This document shows, one piece after another, positions 12,017-24,204 of a stretch of 63,298 bases of DNA (position 1 is its first letter; the number at the start of each line of letters is the position of its first letter). The notes under the pieces were generated by a model, which saw only the letters and a program-made list of their open reading frames with translations, made no database searches and was not told the DNA's origin. The stretch lies in the NCBI RefSeq assembly GCF_001194135.2, contig NC_068984.1, forward strand, positions 12,610,742 through 12,674,039, written 5' to 3'. This stretch comes from Octopus bimaculoides. Lineage: Eukaryota. Both the position numbers and the translations under genes were made by a program.

Positions 12017-12850
12017 TGAGGTGGAATCAAAGAGTTCCTGGACAAGTTATGTTTAATAAAAATATATCTTATTTACCTAAGTTTTAACATCATCTCCTTC
12101 GAAATAGTCACCTTGCGCAGCACTACACCCGTCCTAGCAATCCTACAACTTTTGGAATCCGGTCTGGAAGTCATTTTCTGTATGAAAGTCAAGGACCTGC
12201 GATTCCTTCTGGATCTCGACAACGGTGTTAAAATGGTGACTTTTGTGCAATAGTGTCCTCTTGAGTAAGAGATAGAAGTTTGCAGATGCTAAATCTGGCC
12301 AATATGGCGGGTGCGAAAGCGATGCCATGTTGTTTTTGGCGAGAAACACATGAGTGAGAAGAGCTCGGTGACAAGGTGCATTGTCGCTGTGAAGAATCTA
12401 GACGTTAGGATTGCCTGCACGGACAAATACAACAAACAACATCAACAATGTCGTTGATTGTCTATCGATGATCCCCATGCACAAGCTGATGAATTTTCTC
12501 CACATTTCCGGTGGGTGACGCTCATGGCATGTCTTCCAGATCGCTCATCGTCTTCCAGGGACATTCTTCCGCCTTTGAAGCGCCCGTGACACCCGAAAAA
12601 TTGCGTACAGCCTATTGCCTCGTCGCTCTAAGCTTACCGAAGCATGATCAATTTCTCTGTATCAGACTTCCCAAGTTTCATGTTGGTTCTTTGCTCCTGT
12701 TCATGACAAAATCGCAGACCACAGCATTCACGTGATCACAAAAATTTCACAACCTGCGAAGTAAACAGAGCAATGTCACTCAGTACACTGCCGCATGAAG
12801 GTTACTGGTAGCTCTCATTACGTACGAAACCGTGTGCTGCCATTTGCCAT
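12017..12850 (-). mobile_element. Internally deleted mariner (irritans-like) with transposase remnants
   Basis: Minus strand EQRTNMK..LGKS..., SLEDDERSGR, then jumps to LHSDNAPCH, HPPYWPDLA and a C-terminal GDYFEGD-type end; TA-tgaggtggaatcaaagagttcctggac resembles a TIR; other TIR not clear. Confidence 0.85.
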
Positions 12851-13125
12851 CATATTTTCAATATCGTGCACCATCTCTTTGGGTTTTCTTACATATTTAT
12901 TTTCTTAACACTTCTGCTCTATTTGGTTTGACCCGAGGCTATAGTAGAAGATATTTTCCCAAGTAAACTTCTTGAATAACCTTTTCTCACTTTTCTGTCA
13001 AAGCATCTATGAGAGTTATACCGAAGTACTGCTTAAATGAGTGAAACGTTTCTTATTACCCGACAAAGATCATTCAAACTGCACATTTTGGTTGAGTCAC
13101 TCTTCCTCTATACAAAGATAAGATG

Positions 13126-13400
13126 TTACTCAACATGATTACCATTACACGCGATGGATTTTGGTCGTCGATTATTCAGCTCTCGAACTTGCTTATAAAA
13201 GTTCAGGTATACGCTGTTGTACCCAACCTTGTACGCAGCCACTTTCACGTTAGCTGTGTCGTCCAATTTGTGTCTTTGAAAACTGTACTTCATTGAACAG
13301 AGAGAAGGGAGAGTCAAAGGGTGCCAGATCCGGGTGGTACGGTGTATGGAAGACTCACTGGAAATCCAATTTGCTAAAGGTGGATGAGCTACTCTACTAA
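13126..13400 (-). mobile_element. Mariner transposase C-terminal fragment
   Basis: Minus strand HTPYHPDLAPFD (YSPDLAP-like) and ...RRPKSIACNGNHVE*. Confidence 0.8.
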
Positions 13401-13992
13401 TATGTGTATCTGAACAACCTACGTCAGTTTATTTATACCCAATTTTTGCCTTACTTTCGATACAATCCTCGTCTAAATAATTCCACACAGGCTGTTTTAT
13501 ATCAATTATAATTGGGGTAAGGCACTTGTGTTTGTAAATAACCCAAATACAACAGAGGTGTTTAAGTTACGGTCTCTGCAATACTGTCGACCAACAACGA
13601 AAAAGACAGTCACTTTAAATAATTCACCGGCTTACAAAAATAAACACACACATACCCACCCGTCCATGCACGCGCGCACACACACAAAAACCTTTGCACC
13701 GCCATTTTTAGAGAACAGATAAACGCTTCTAAACCACAGTCTTATCAATATATTCGTGATTATTTGTTGCCTGAAAATAACTGGAAATTTCCCAGCAATG
13801 TGGTTAATACTAAGATGACGTTGCTTACTACATTCATTTCAAGTTTTTACATATATATTCTTATACAAATTTTTTTCCTAATAATTCTTGCAATGTTTCA
13901 AATATCTCCATACGTATATGTATAGACATATGCATACACACAAACATACGCTCATACATACAAACATACGCACATTCATACATACATACATG

Positions 13993-14054
<62 letters not shown>

Positions 14055-14453
14055 NNNNNNNNNNNNNNNNNNNNNNNNNNNNNNNNNNNNNNNNNNNNNN
14101 NNNNNNNNNNNNNNNNNNNNNNNNNNNNNNNNNNNNNNNNNNNNNNNNNNNNNNNNNNNNNNNNNNNNNNNNNNNNNNNNNNNNNNNNNNNNNNNNNNNN
14201 NNNNNNNNNNNNNNNNNNNNNNNNNNNNNNNNNNNNNNNNNNNNNNNNNNNNNNNNNNNNNNNNNNNNNNNNNNNNNNNNNNNNNNNNNNNNNNNNNNNN
14301 NNNNNNNNNNNNNNNNNNNNNNNNNNNNNNNNNNNNNNNNNNNNNNNNNNNNNNNNNNNNNNNNNNNNNNNNNNNNNNNNNNNNNNNNNNNNNNNNNNNN
14401 NNNNNNNNNNNNNNNNNNNNNATATATATATATATATATATGTAGAAATGTAA

Positions 14454-14486
<33 letters not shown>

Positions 14487-14834
14487 TATACATATATATT
14501 TATGTTACTTATATATATATATATGTATGTATGTAGTTAACACTTATTTCTTTTTACAATAATTTATTCCTGATTTCTTATATATTTTTGACAGCTCTGT
14601 CAAAAGGCTGTTTTAATCAACACTTGGTTAGTCAGAGTTATGGTCCACTGAGATTTGTTTTCTCTTAGTTTCGAAATAAATATTTCATGAACACAGAATA
14701 TCGAAAAAGTTTCACTCAACTCACTCGAAAAATTATGCCGTTGAAGGAGAAAAGGTACACCATTTTGTCTTCTCCATTTCTCGGTTTTATCAGGAAATTA
14801 TTACTGCTGCGGCCTGTAGCATCCTCTTATCTCT

Positions 14835-15190
14835 TTTCGTTTTCTTGTTTCAGTCTTTAGACTGCGGCCATGTTGGGGTAACGCCTTGAAGAATTATAGT
14901 CGAACTTATCGACCCTAGTACTTACTGTTTCTCTTTTGAAAGCCCGATGCTTATTATATCTGAGTCTTTTGCCGAACCGCTACGTCCTGGGGACATAACC
15001 ATACAAACACCAGTTATTAAGCGGTGGTGGGGGAAAAACACAGACACAAACATACACATACATGCAAATATACATAATACATACATACATACACACATAC
15101 ATACATACATACATACATACTCATACACACACATACACACACTCAAACACACGCACACACACACAAACACACACGCATACACATAGGTAT
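14835..15190 (-). mobile_element. SINE family B 3' half with internal (CA/TACA)n
   Basis: cttgtttcagtctttagactgcggccatgttgggg...ttttgccgaaccgcta. Confidence 0.85.
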
Positions 15191-15989
15191 AGAATGTTTG
15201 AAGTGGTGTACAGATATTGTATATTGAGAAAAAGGAGGCAATCAGAATTTTGGATAATTCTTTATCAACGCTTTCGTTCGTTGTTCGAACTCGTCAAGGC
15301 AAAATCAAAATCAAATTGTCTTGAGTTCCAAAAACGAACGAAAGCACTNNNNNNNNNNNNNNNNNNNNNNNNNNNNNNNNNNNNNNNNNNNNNNNATATA
15401 TATATATATATAGGGAGAATTCACAAAAAAAACAACAGACGAAGACAGGTAGTGTTGAAAACAAATAGATGTATTAGTATAACGCTCGAGAATTGAGAAA
15501 GTCTTTAACGTTTCGAGCCATATATATAATAGTCAAGAATAACTATTGTTTCTTTCAAAAGAGACAAAGAGTTAATAGGACAGCAAAGAAAGAAGTGCTC
15601 AAATAAATGAGGCAAGGATAATTAAACATTGGTCATAGAACAAACATTAAAATGAATTAACGACTTTATATACGGTATCAAACCTCCAACATATATCATA
15701 TATAAATAAATATTACCATGGCTTTCAGAATATATAAATCAAAATATAAAGTATATAAGACATACAAATACAGAAAACCACCAAGGTAAAAATATACATA
15801 TATGCGAGAAAAAGAAAAAGAAACAGGTATAGGAACGTCCCACCAAAAGACGACTAAAAATTTATAAAATAATTTAAAATACTAAAAATATGTCATGATG
15901 AAAAAGTTGAGAAAGCAGGTAAACAAATAAAGAATGAATCCACTAAACAGTTATATTTACTTCACTCACACCAAAAGGTAATATATATA

Positions 15990-16395
15990 TATATACGACA
16001 GTCCTCTTTCAGTTTCCGTCTACTAAATCTACTCACAAGACTTTGGTCGGCCCGAGGCTATATTTATTTCTTTATTGCCCATAGAGGAGACAAACAAGGA
16101 CAGACAAATGAATTAAGTCGATTACATCGACCCCAGTGCGTAACTGGTACTTAATTTATCGACCCCAAAAGGATGAAAGGCAAAGTTGACCTCGGCGGAA
16201 TTTGAACTCAGAACGTAACAGCAGACGAAATACCGCTAAGCATTTCGCCCAGCGTGATAACGTTTCTGCCAGCTCGCCGCCTTCAGCCGGAGGCTATATT
16301 AGCAGACACTTGAGCAAGGTGCCACGCAGTGAGACTGCATCCAGAACCATGTGGTTGGGAAGGAAGCTTCTTATCGTGGAGCCACGGCTGCGCTT
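15990..16395 (-). mobile_element. SINE family B head interrupted by a SINE A insertion
   Basis: acgacagtcctctttcagtttccgtctac...gaggctat | agcagacacttgagcaaggtgccacgcag. Confidence 0.88.
16065..16289 (-). mobile_element. SINE family A (tail variant A2) nested in SINE B, 11-bp TSD
   Basis: gaggctatatt at 16054-16064 and 16290-16300. Confidence 0.92.
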
Positions 16396-16417
16396 ATCGA
16401 CTCTTCTCCAAGTTCCA

Positions 16418-17171
16418 AAGAGTAGTGCACAAAAAAGTAGATCGGGTTCTGTAGCATTGCGTAAATACAGAAATAAATTTACTCACACGAAAAAGCACCT
16501 AACCTTTCGTTTGTAAGTGTCATTGTGTTATTTCGAACAAAGATGGCACGCTAGTCTGTTTGCTATGTTATCATCAACGCATCTTCACCATATTAGTTGA
16601 TTGTAAGGTTACACTGAGTGAACATCTCTAGGCTTTTCCTGCAAGATGGCATACTCAACAGCGGAAAGAGTGGAGATTGTTGAAACGTATGTGTGAACGC
16701 CTGAAATTTTGAAGTCAAGTTTCCTGATAAAGGTTTACCGGCAAAGAGAACGATACAAATGTTGATTAAGAAGTGACATGATACGGGGTCAGTGCACAGC
16801 GTCCCAAAACAAAGAGACCCTATAACTTCGAATGCCGGAAGTTATTCAGGATATTCGCCAAAGGATTACTGGAAGTTCAAAGAAGTCAACACGTAAATTG
16901 GCGCAGCAGTCTCACGTAAGCAGGAGATCATGTTAACGGGTGTTGAAATGTCTAAAGTTGAAGCCATATTTCACATGTGTACAGCAATTAAATGTAGATG
17001 ACAAGAGCAAACGAGTAAATTACTGCACGTGGTTTCTAAATAGCAGTTACAAGCGGTCGATATAGCACAGTGACACTTGCAAGCGAAAGTCTGGGCTCTT
17101 TTGCGTGTGTGTAAATTTATTTCTGTATTTACACTATGCTACGAACCCGAGCTACTTCGTGTTCTACTCTG
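16418..17171 (+). mobile_element. Internally deleted Tc1/mariner-type element, about 75-bp TIRs, decayed DUF4817-like N-terminus
   Basis: gtaaatacagaaataaatttac (16461-16482) is inverted exactly at 17111-17132 and the match extends outward; from ATG 16646: MAYSTAERVEIVE...KSTRKLAQQ...LKLKPY...RVNYCTWF with frameshifts. Confidence 0.82.
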
Positions 17172-17600
17172 CATTTGAAAAGGTGAGAGAAGGAAGAGAG
17201 GTAGAAGGACAAGGAGATGTTATGTTGAAGTGAATTCATTGAAAGCTGAGTGAGTGTAGTCAAAATGTCAACAGCGTATAGGACCCGCTTAAATATAAAA
17301 CTGCAGGACTATTTGAAAGGGCGTTTGTATTTGGCCTTCAGAGTGATCATTGATTTTGATCGATAGCCCTAGATGGAGGTCTCCTTTATCAGTTATTATA
17401 TTTTCAGCTGTAAGTTATATGAATTAATACGACAAAACAGAAAAACAAGAAAATATTGACAGCGTATAGAGAAGACGCCATTCAAAAGCTGAACGATATT
17501 ATATTTTACATGTATAAAGATATGTGATTGTACTCCAATGTTTTGTGAATAAATTTGGTGAACGGAAACTATGTGGAAACCCGTCGTGTATATGCATATT

Positions 17601-17665
17601 GTCCAATGATGGCTTAGCAGGCTGAAGCTTCGAAGTTAATGACAACACTATTCTTGTTAAAGAAT
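17601..17665 (+). ncRNA. Strongly decayed hammerhead-like motif (ACTTCGAAGT family)
   Basis: Colinear, roughly two-thirds identical to the reverse complement of 2990-3056 (tgatggctta...cttcgaagt..tgacaaca..attctt..aagaat). Confidence 0.3.
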
Positions 17666-17819
17666 GATAAATATTTTCTCAACAAAATTATTGAGTAATC
17701 CTTCAGTTCAATATAAATTTTTTATTATAATTTAAAAAAATAAGTACTGGGGTCGATTTATTTGACAAAAATGCTCAAGGCATGGCCGCAGTCTCATGAC
17801 TGAAACAAGTAGATATATA

Positions 17820-18034
17820 TATTCTTTTATTCTTTTTTCTCTTACTTGTTTCAGTCATTTGACTGCGGCCATACTGGAGCACCACCTTTAGTCGAGAAAA
17901 TCGACTCCAGGACTTATTCTTTGTAAGCCTAGTAGTGATTCTATCGATCTCTTTGGCCGAATTGCAAAGTTACGAGGTTGTTAAGCAATGTTGAGGGCAC
18001 AAACATACGCATACACACAAACATATACACACAT

Positions 18035-18097
<63 letters not shown>

Positions 18098-18110
18098 CGA
18101 NNNNNNNNNN

Positions 18111-18145
<35 letters not shown>

Positions 18146-18306
18146 CGACGGGCTTCTTTCAGTTTCCGTTTATCAAATTCACTCACAAGGCTTTGGTGGG
18201 CCCAAGGCTACAATAGCATACACTTGCCCAAGGTGTCACGCAGTGGGACTGAACCCAGAACCATGTGGTTGGGAAGCAAATTTCTTATCGCACAGTTATG
18301 CCTGTG
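17820..18306 (-). mobile_element. Full-length SINE family B with internal microsatellite
   Basis: Tail cttgtttcagtcatttgactgcggccat, central (CA)n(TA)n, head gtgggactgaacccagaaccatgtggttggg. Confidence 0.92.
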
Positions 18307-18635
18307 CTTATGATTACGTTTTTTGTCATTCCCCCTCCTCTCAAATTTCTCTCATATCACTGCCTCTCTGTTGTCTTCTCTAGAAACCGAAAACAGTTTT
18401 ATTTCTAAATTATATCTTTTATCTTTCTTTTTATTAGTTTTAGTTATTAGTAGGGAACCACTTTGAAGGGTTTAGCCGAACAAACAGACCCCAATACTTA
18501 TTCTTAAGTATTGTGCTTAGTCTTTTCTCGAACAGTTAAGGTTAGGGGATGTTAACAAACTAGCACCGGTTGTCAAGCAACAGGTGGAATAAACACAAAG
18601 ATATCTATCTATCTATCTATCTGTCTATCTATCTA

Positions 18636-18734
18636 GGTTATGTGCATCTGGTCAGTAGGTCTGATGAGACTCTTACATTGCTAAGAACAATAAGAGATGT
18701 GAAGCCAATGGTAACTTTCTGACCAATCATAACC
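18636..18734 (+). ncRNA. Type I hammerhead ribozyme candidate with extended stem I (two core deviations)
   Basis: Stem I 18649-18660 pairs with 18714-18725 (one mismatch) plus ggttatg/cataacc; CTGATGA 18661-18667; stem II ctctta/taagag; GAA 18701-18703; stem III gcc-aat-ggt; GUA cleavage triplet 18711-18713. Confidence 0.72.
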
Positions 18735-18751
18735 AACAAATACAATATATA

Positions 18752-18913
18752 TATGACTGTGTAGTAAGATTCTTGGTTTCCAACGACATGAATCGGGCTT
18801 CAGTCCTACATCGTGGGCAAGTGTCTTCTGCTATAGCTTCGGGTCGACCAAAACCATGTTAGTGGATTTGCTAGACGGAAACTGAAGGAATTCCGTCGTA
18901 TATATGTATACAT

Positions 18914-18974
<61 letters not shown>

Positions 18975-19220
18975 GATATATATGCGTGTGTGTATGTGTA
19001 TGTGTGTGCGTATGCGTCTTTGTATATGTGTTTGTATCCCCGCCGGTGTTGATCTGTTCACATCCCTGCTACTCTGCGGTTCGGCAAAGAAGCTAATAGA
19101 ATAAGCGTCAGGCTTTAAAAACAGTAAGTACTGGGATCGATACATTCGACCAAAAACTCTTCAAGGAGGTGCCCCAGCATGGCCGCAGTTTAGTGACTGA
19201 AAACAGTAAAGAATAAAAGA
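18752..19220 (+). mobile_element. Full-length SINE family B
   Basis: Head gactgtgtagtaag...gggcaagtgtcttc, internal (CA)/(TA)/(TG), tail ggaggtgccccagcatggccgcagtttagtgactgaaaacagtaaagaataaaaga. Confidence 0.9.
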
Positions 19221-19310
19221 TTATGTATGTATGCATGCATGCATGCATGTATGTATGTAGGTATGTAAGTATCCTTCCATCTATCTATCTATCTATCTAT
19301 CTATCCTTCC

Positions 19311-19395
<85 letters not shown>

Positions 19396-19399
19396 CATA

Positions 19400-19560
19400 T
19401 TTATTGTCGGCTTTCACAAATTTCTTCAATGGAATTCACTCGCAAGGAATTGGTAGGCCCGGGGCTAAAGTAGTAGACACCCAGTTTGTTGCAAAGTGGA
19501 ACTGAAACCTAGATCACGTGTTTACAAAGCAAACTTCTTAACCGCGAATCAACGCCTGCG
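19400..19560 (-). mobile_element. Degenerate SINE family B head
   Basis: attcactcgcaagg...ggggctaaagtagtagacac...gtggaactgaaacc...aaacttcttaacc. Confidence 0.7.
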
Positions 19561-20940
19561 GTTATTTGTTCATGTTTTGTAGCCATTTGTATTAGTTTGT
19601 CTTATTTTCCTACTCGATATTATTGCAGTCCTACAGCAGATATTATATAATAATTCTTTTGTTGCAGAGAACTGCCACATCCCTTTATATATGTGTAATA
19701 TAATCTTCCTGCGTCAGCTTTTGAATGGTGTCTTCTATGTGTTGTCAATATTTTCTTGTTTTCCTGTCTAGTCATGTTAATTCACGTAACTTACAGCTGA
19801 GACTTATTATAACCATAACTTAGTACTGTAACATCTACACTTATAGACAGCTATTAACATATTTTTGGCATTTAACTATGCTTTCGGTCTTAAACTAATG
19901 CATCAAAAATAATCGTTCCGAAGACTTTCTTTCATTCGTGCGCATGTAGTTGTGTGCGTACGTGTGTGTATGTGTGTGAATGTGTTTGAGTGTACGTGCG
20001 TGTAAGTGTATGCATATGTGTTGCGCATGTGTGTGGATGCGAGCGTATGTGCATATGTGTTAGAATATGTGTATTTGTGCATATGTATGAGCGTGTGTGT
20101 ATGTGTGTGTGTGTTTGTATGCGTGTGCGGGTTGTACAGTGTCTACTTCATTGATTCCTAACTATTTGTAAGTCTGTGTTTTGTATAAATTCTCTTATCT
20201 CTATTGTGTTTCATATCTAATATGACATGAGAGGTCTTTAAAAACTTATTTTTGTTTTAAAAATAGCCCTCTACGCATCATACTTAATGCATACACAACC
20301 TGTAGCCAAGTTAATGCAGTTTTTCTCCCGCAATAGAATCTCTAATGGCCTGGCAGTATTAAAAAACATAATAAATAACAGAGAAAGACGAGGATGTGTC
20401 CCAGCAGCGTTCAACGAGAGCCTCAGATTGTATTTCGGCCTCTCTGATACTTATTCTGTTTTTAACAAAGCAGGTCTGTAAGAGATGTTACCTCAGGAGA
20501 AATACTGCAGTAACTGACCTATCAACTGTGTGTACACATTAAGTATGATACATAGATAACTATTTTAATTAACTTCTGTGTCAATTGTGTATACCATATT
20601 TTTGATCTGTTGTGTAGGTCGTTTATCGACGGAATACTGGAGCAAGGGAATGATGCAGGGTACGCTGTTTCGGGTTCATTATAGATAATTGGGATGTGGT
20701 TTTGAGAGAATAAGGAACTCAGTCAACGCTGACATGAAGAACTTAAGGTATTGTTAAGGCTCTTCAGTTGTTGCCTTCTATCAAAATCGGAATGAGACAT
20801 TTGGGCGCAGCTGTTTGAACGCCGATGACTTGGCACGGCTATGTTATAGTGACAGTACATTTTGGTGCTGGAAGCAAATACACACTCACACACACACGCA
20901 CACGCACACACACATACACACACCACAGAAATAGACACAA

Positions 20941-21178
20941 GGCGGCGAGCTGGCAGAAACGTTAGCGCGCCGGGAGAAATGCTTCGCGGTATTTCGTCTG
21001 CCGTTACGTTCTGAGTTCAAATTCTGCTGAGGTCGACTTTGCCTTTCATCTTTTCGGGGTCGATAAATTAAGTACCAGTTACGCACTGGAGTCGACGTAA
21101 TCGACTTAATCCCTTTGTCTGTCCTTGTTTGTCCTCTCTATGTTTAGCCCCTTGTGGGCAATAAAAAAAAAAGAAATA
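20941..21178 (+). mobile_element. SINE family A (A2)
   Basis: ggcggcgagctggcagaaacgttagc...ccctttgtctgtccttgtttgtcc...gccccttgtgggcaataaaa. Confidence 0.95.
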
Positions 21179-22009
21179 GACATATTCACACAGAGAAAGT
21201 GAGTGAGAAATAGGAGGAGAAAGACATTACACATACCTACAAACATTGCTAAATACTCACACACATAAAGAAGGAGAGTCAGAGAGAGAAAAAGAGAGAG
21301 AGAGGGGAAGCAGAGATCGACATAAATATTTAAAGACGAGAAGTATCAAAACGTGTAATGTCAAATAAGTCAGCGTCGACAGCAAATAGGCGGCACCAGA
21401 ACGGGTGTGCCAAAACGTCTCACCCACAGTGAAAGGGATACTTACTTCAACCTCTCAAGCACTCACAGGTACTAATTTGATAATTTTTTTTTTTAAATCG
21501 ACAATTACATTGTACTTCTTTCTTTGCTGTTTTCAATGTTTGCTTTGATAATTATATATATATATATATATATATGAAGGGCTTCCGCTTGATTTTTCCC
21601 TGTCATGTCTTATCGGGCTTAAATTTGGAATTTGAAGGACTGTGTGTTGCAAAGTTGTATCGTGAACTTTTGGAACGTGAGTGTCGTGTGTGATGATAAT
21701 GCAATTTTAGTCCTATAAAGGTAATTTTTAAGCTATCACTGCTATATTGCAGTACTTTAAACTTGATAGTGTTGCGTTTACCAAGTTTACTTTTGTGTGT
21801 ATGTTACGTTCTGAGATATTTTATTGTATTGAGAGCTGTGGAGTTGAGAGGAAAACTAATAGTGGTACTTTCTGTTTTGACATAGCTCTTGTTATCGCTA
21901 TGCTTTATAAAATATGGTGTTTTTGTAAAATATAGGTAAATGCTGTTGTTTTATTGATGCATATGTTTTTTTTGAAAAAAAAAAAAATAAAAGGACCTAT
22001 GCAGAGTCA

Positions 22010-22900
22010 TTATTTTCAGCTTGTTTCTGTGTATTTCTTTTACCATAATTGTATGTCAAAATTTTCACTCTTTCTGACATTCGCGTTCTGATTGTCCAGA
22101 CGTTTTTACCGAACTATTATATTCAAACCTAATTTTTTCGTTATATAGGAAATATTAAAATGGTAGGGTCAACTTCAAGAGATTTTGCTCCTTGCTTCTG
22201 TAGACTGACTGTGATGAGACTTCTTGACTGGTTTACTATGTTGGCTTTAACGTGATAATGACAGGAAGAAAAGTAACAGAGGGCAAGTGTCCATTTGGAA
22301 TACGCTTCATCTAACATGGATAGTCTTTGTTTTATAATCCCCAATCTTTGCATTCACAGTATTGTTTATTGTGATGCATAACACGCGATGTATTTGTTTG
22401 TTACTGATTCTACTTTACTCAGGGCTTATATTTTTAAAATCTACGTCAGGGCAACACAGAGAAAAGTCTTCTGACAATCAATCCATGTCGGCCACAGATC
22501 CTTCTTTGTTCTGAGTATTCTATGATTATTGAACTTTTATAGCATTGAACATTTATGGCATCTTTCTTATTCTTCTGAAAGTGACTTACTTTTGACAAGC
22601 GATTATTATTCGCTTCGATATTATGTTCTATATAGACCGGGGATTATAGGTCTGTCGGGTTAAATTCTTTTTGCTCCTTTATAGTATTAGGGATTAAGAT
22701 GACTTTTACCGTCGGTAAGCCATTCAAGTACTATTTCTGCCTTCAAACACACATAAAAAATGCAAAAAAAACCAAATAACAACAATAACAAAAAAGTATT
22801 AAACAGATGCATATAATCTGTGTGCATATTAAATATTTTAACCGGAAATTTGGAAAGTTGTCATTTCCTGGTATTTTGCAGTTGTTGATTTGATTCTTTT
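22010..22900 (-). pseudogene. Decayed R4/Dong-like non-LTR reverse transcriptase (may extend to about 23500)
   Basis: Ordered minus-strand motifs KIPGNDNFPNFRLK (22838-22877), EWLTDGKSHL (22687-22725), RPI, KDLWPTWIDCQKTF (22466-22504; WIDYxKAFDSVPH-like), IHVR*SVFQ..PLL (22265-22321; GIFQGDSLSPLLF-like). Confidence 0.78.
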
Positions 22901-23589
22901 GTAATATCAGATATATCTTGTGTTTTTATTGTTTCTCGCTATTATTCAGGTGTTGTACTTGTTATTTTAACCATTTCTCCCTACAAATTATTCAATTTCC
23001 CCTGACACTGGCGTATTATTGATTTCTATTTTATATTTATATTATTCTCAGTAAAATCCTTACTGGTTGGAGCCGCACTGTTTGTTTTCTTCAGAGAATC
23101 GTTGTCGTTTTTCTTTTTTCATAGACATGGATTATTTTCAATTTAGCAACTACTTATTTCTTGCTTATCGTGTATTTCTCTAGTATTTCATTTGTGGCTT
23201 TCCGTTATTGATTTCATTAAGGATTAGGAGGTATTTTCTGATAGATTTTTTTTTTATCTCTGTGTCTTTCGCAATATTGTTTGCTAGGGTTTACTTCTTC
23301 CTGTATGAGCAATTTTAAGGAAAGTATCCACTTACTTTTATGACTGCTATGACTGCGGTATCGATTATTTGTATTTTCAGTGGAAATATTGATATTTGCA
23401 TCTGTTTTCACTAAGTCTACAATGGCTTGTGTTTGCTTTAATTGTTGATGTTTTATCATTGAGTTTTTTTGGGGGTGGGTCTGTCGTTGGCCCATAGGAA
23501 GATTTTCTGTTTATTTTAATTGTTTAACTATTTTCTAAATTTAGGATATTGTAATATGAAAAAGAAAACCTTTTACTTGTTTTTTATCA

Positions 23590-24038
23590 TTTTCGTGTTT
23601 CTATTCATTGAACTGCGGCCATGCTGGAACACCACCTTGAAGGATTAAGTAAAAATAGATAAATCCCAATAGATATATTTTAAAATCTGGTTCTTCTTCC
23701 GTCGGTTTCTTTTGCCGAACTGCGAAGTTACGGGGCACTTAAACAAACCAGCATCGGTTCTCAATGGTTCTCAAGTGCTCGGGCGACGAACAAACACATA
23801 CACACACAAACACACACACATACACACACACGCACACACAAACACACACACATACACACGCACACACGCACACACACACACACATTAGGTTGGGTTTCCA
23901 CACTATTTCTGTTTACCAAATCCACAAGGCATTGGTCGGCCCCGAGCTATTGTAGAAAGCATTTGCCCAAGGTGCAGCAGCATACGACCGAACCAGAGAC
24001 CACGTGGTTGCAAAGCGAGCTCCTTGACGATGCCTGCT
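23590..24038 (-). mobile_element. Full-length SINE family B
   Basis: actgcggccatgctggaacaccaccttgaagg...ttttgccgaac...(CA)n...ggtcggcccgagctat...ttgcccaaggtgc. Confidence 0.88.
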
Positions 24039-24204
24039 CCTATCTTTTGAATATTATACATTTGTTTCACATTTATTTGCATTTTTGTCTTTGCGGTTGT
24101 GTTAGATTTAAACAATTGCACGGTTTAACGTTAGCCTATCAGTCCTTGAGTGCTTTTAACTCAGTGAACTTGGCTGCAGGGTTTCCTGTGAGGTCACCGG
24201 AAGG

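Noticed and set aside
14586-14605. 20-bp near-perfect palindrome ttttgacag-ct-ctgtcaaaa
   Set aside because: Isolated and AT-rich with no supporting context; expected occasionally by chance
15410-15520. Penelope pLTR-like end containing taacgtttcgagcc (3' half of a hammerhead on the minus strand)
   Set aside because: Truncated at (TA)n before any CTGANGA; cannot be supported as a feature
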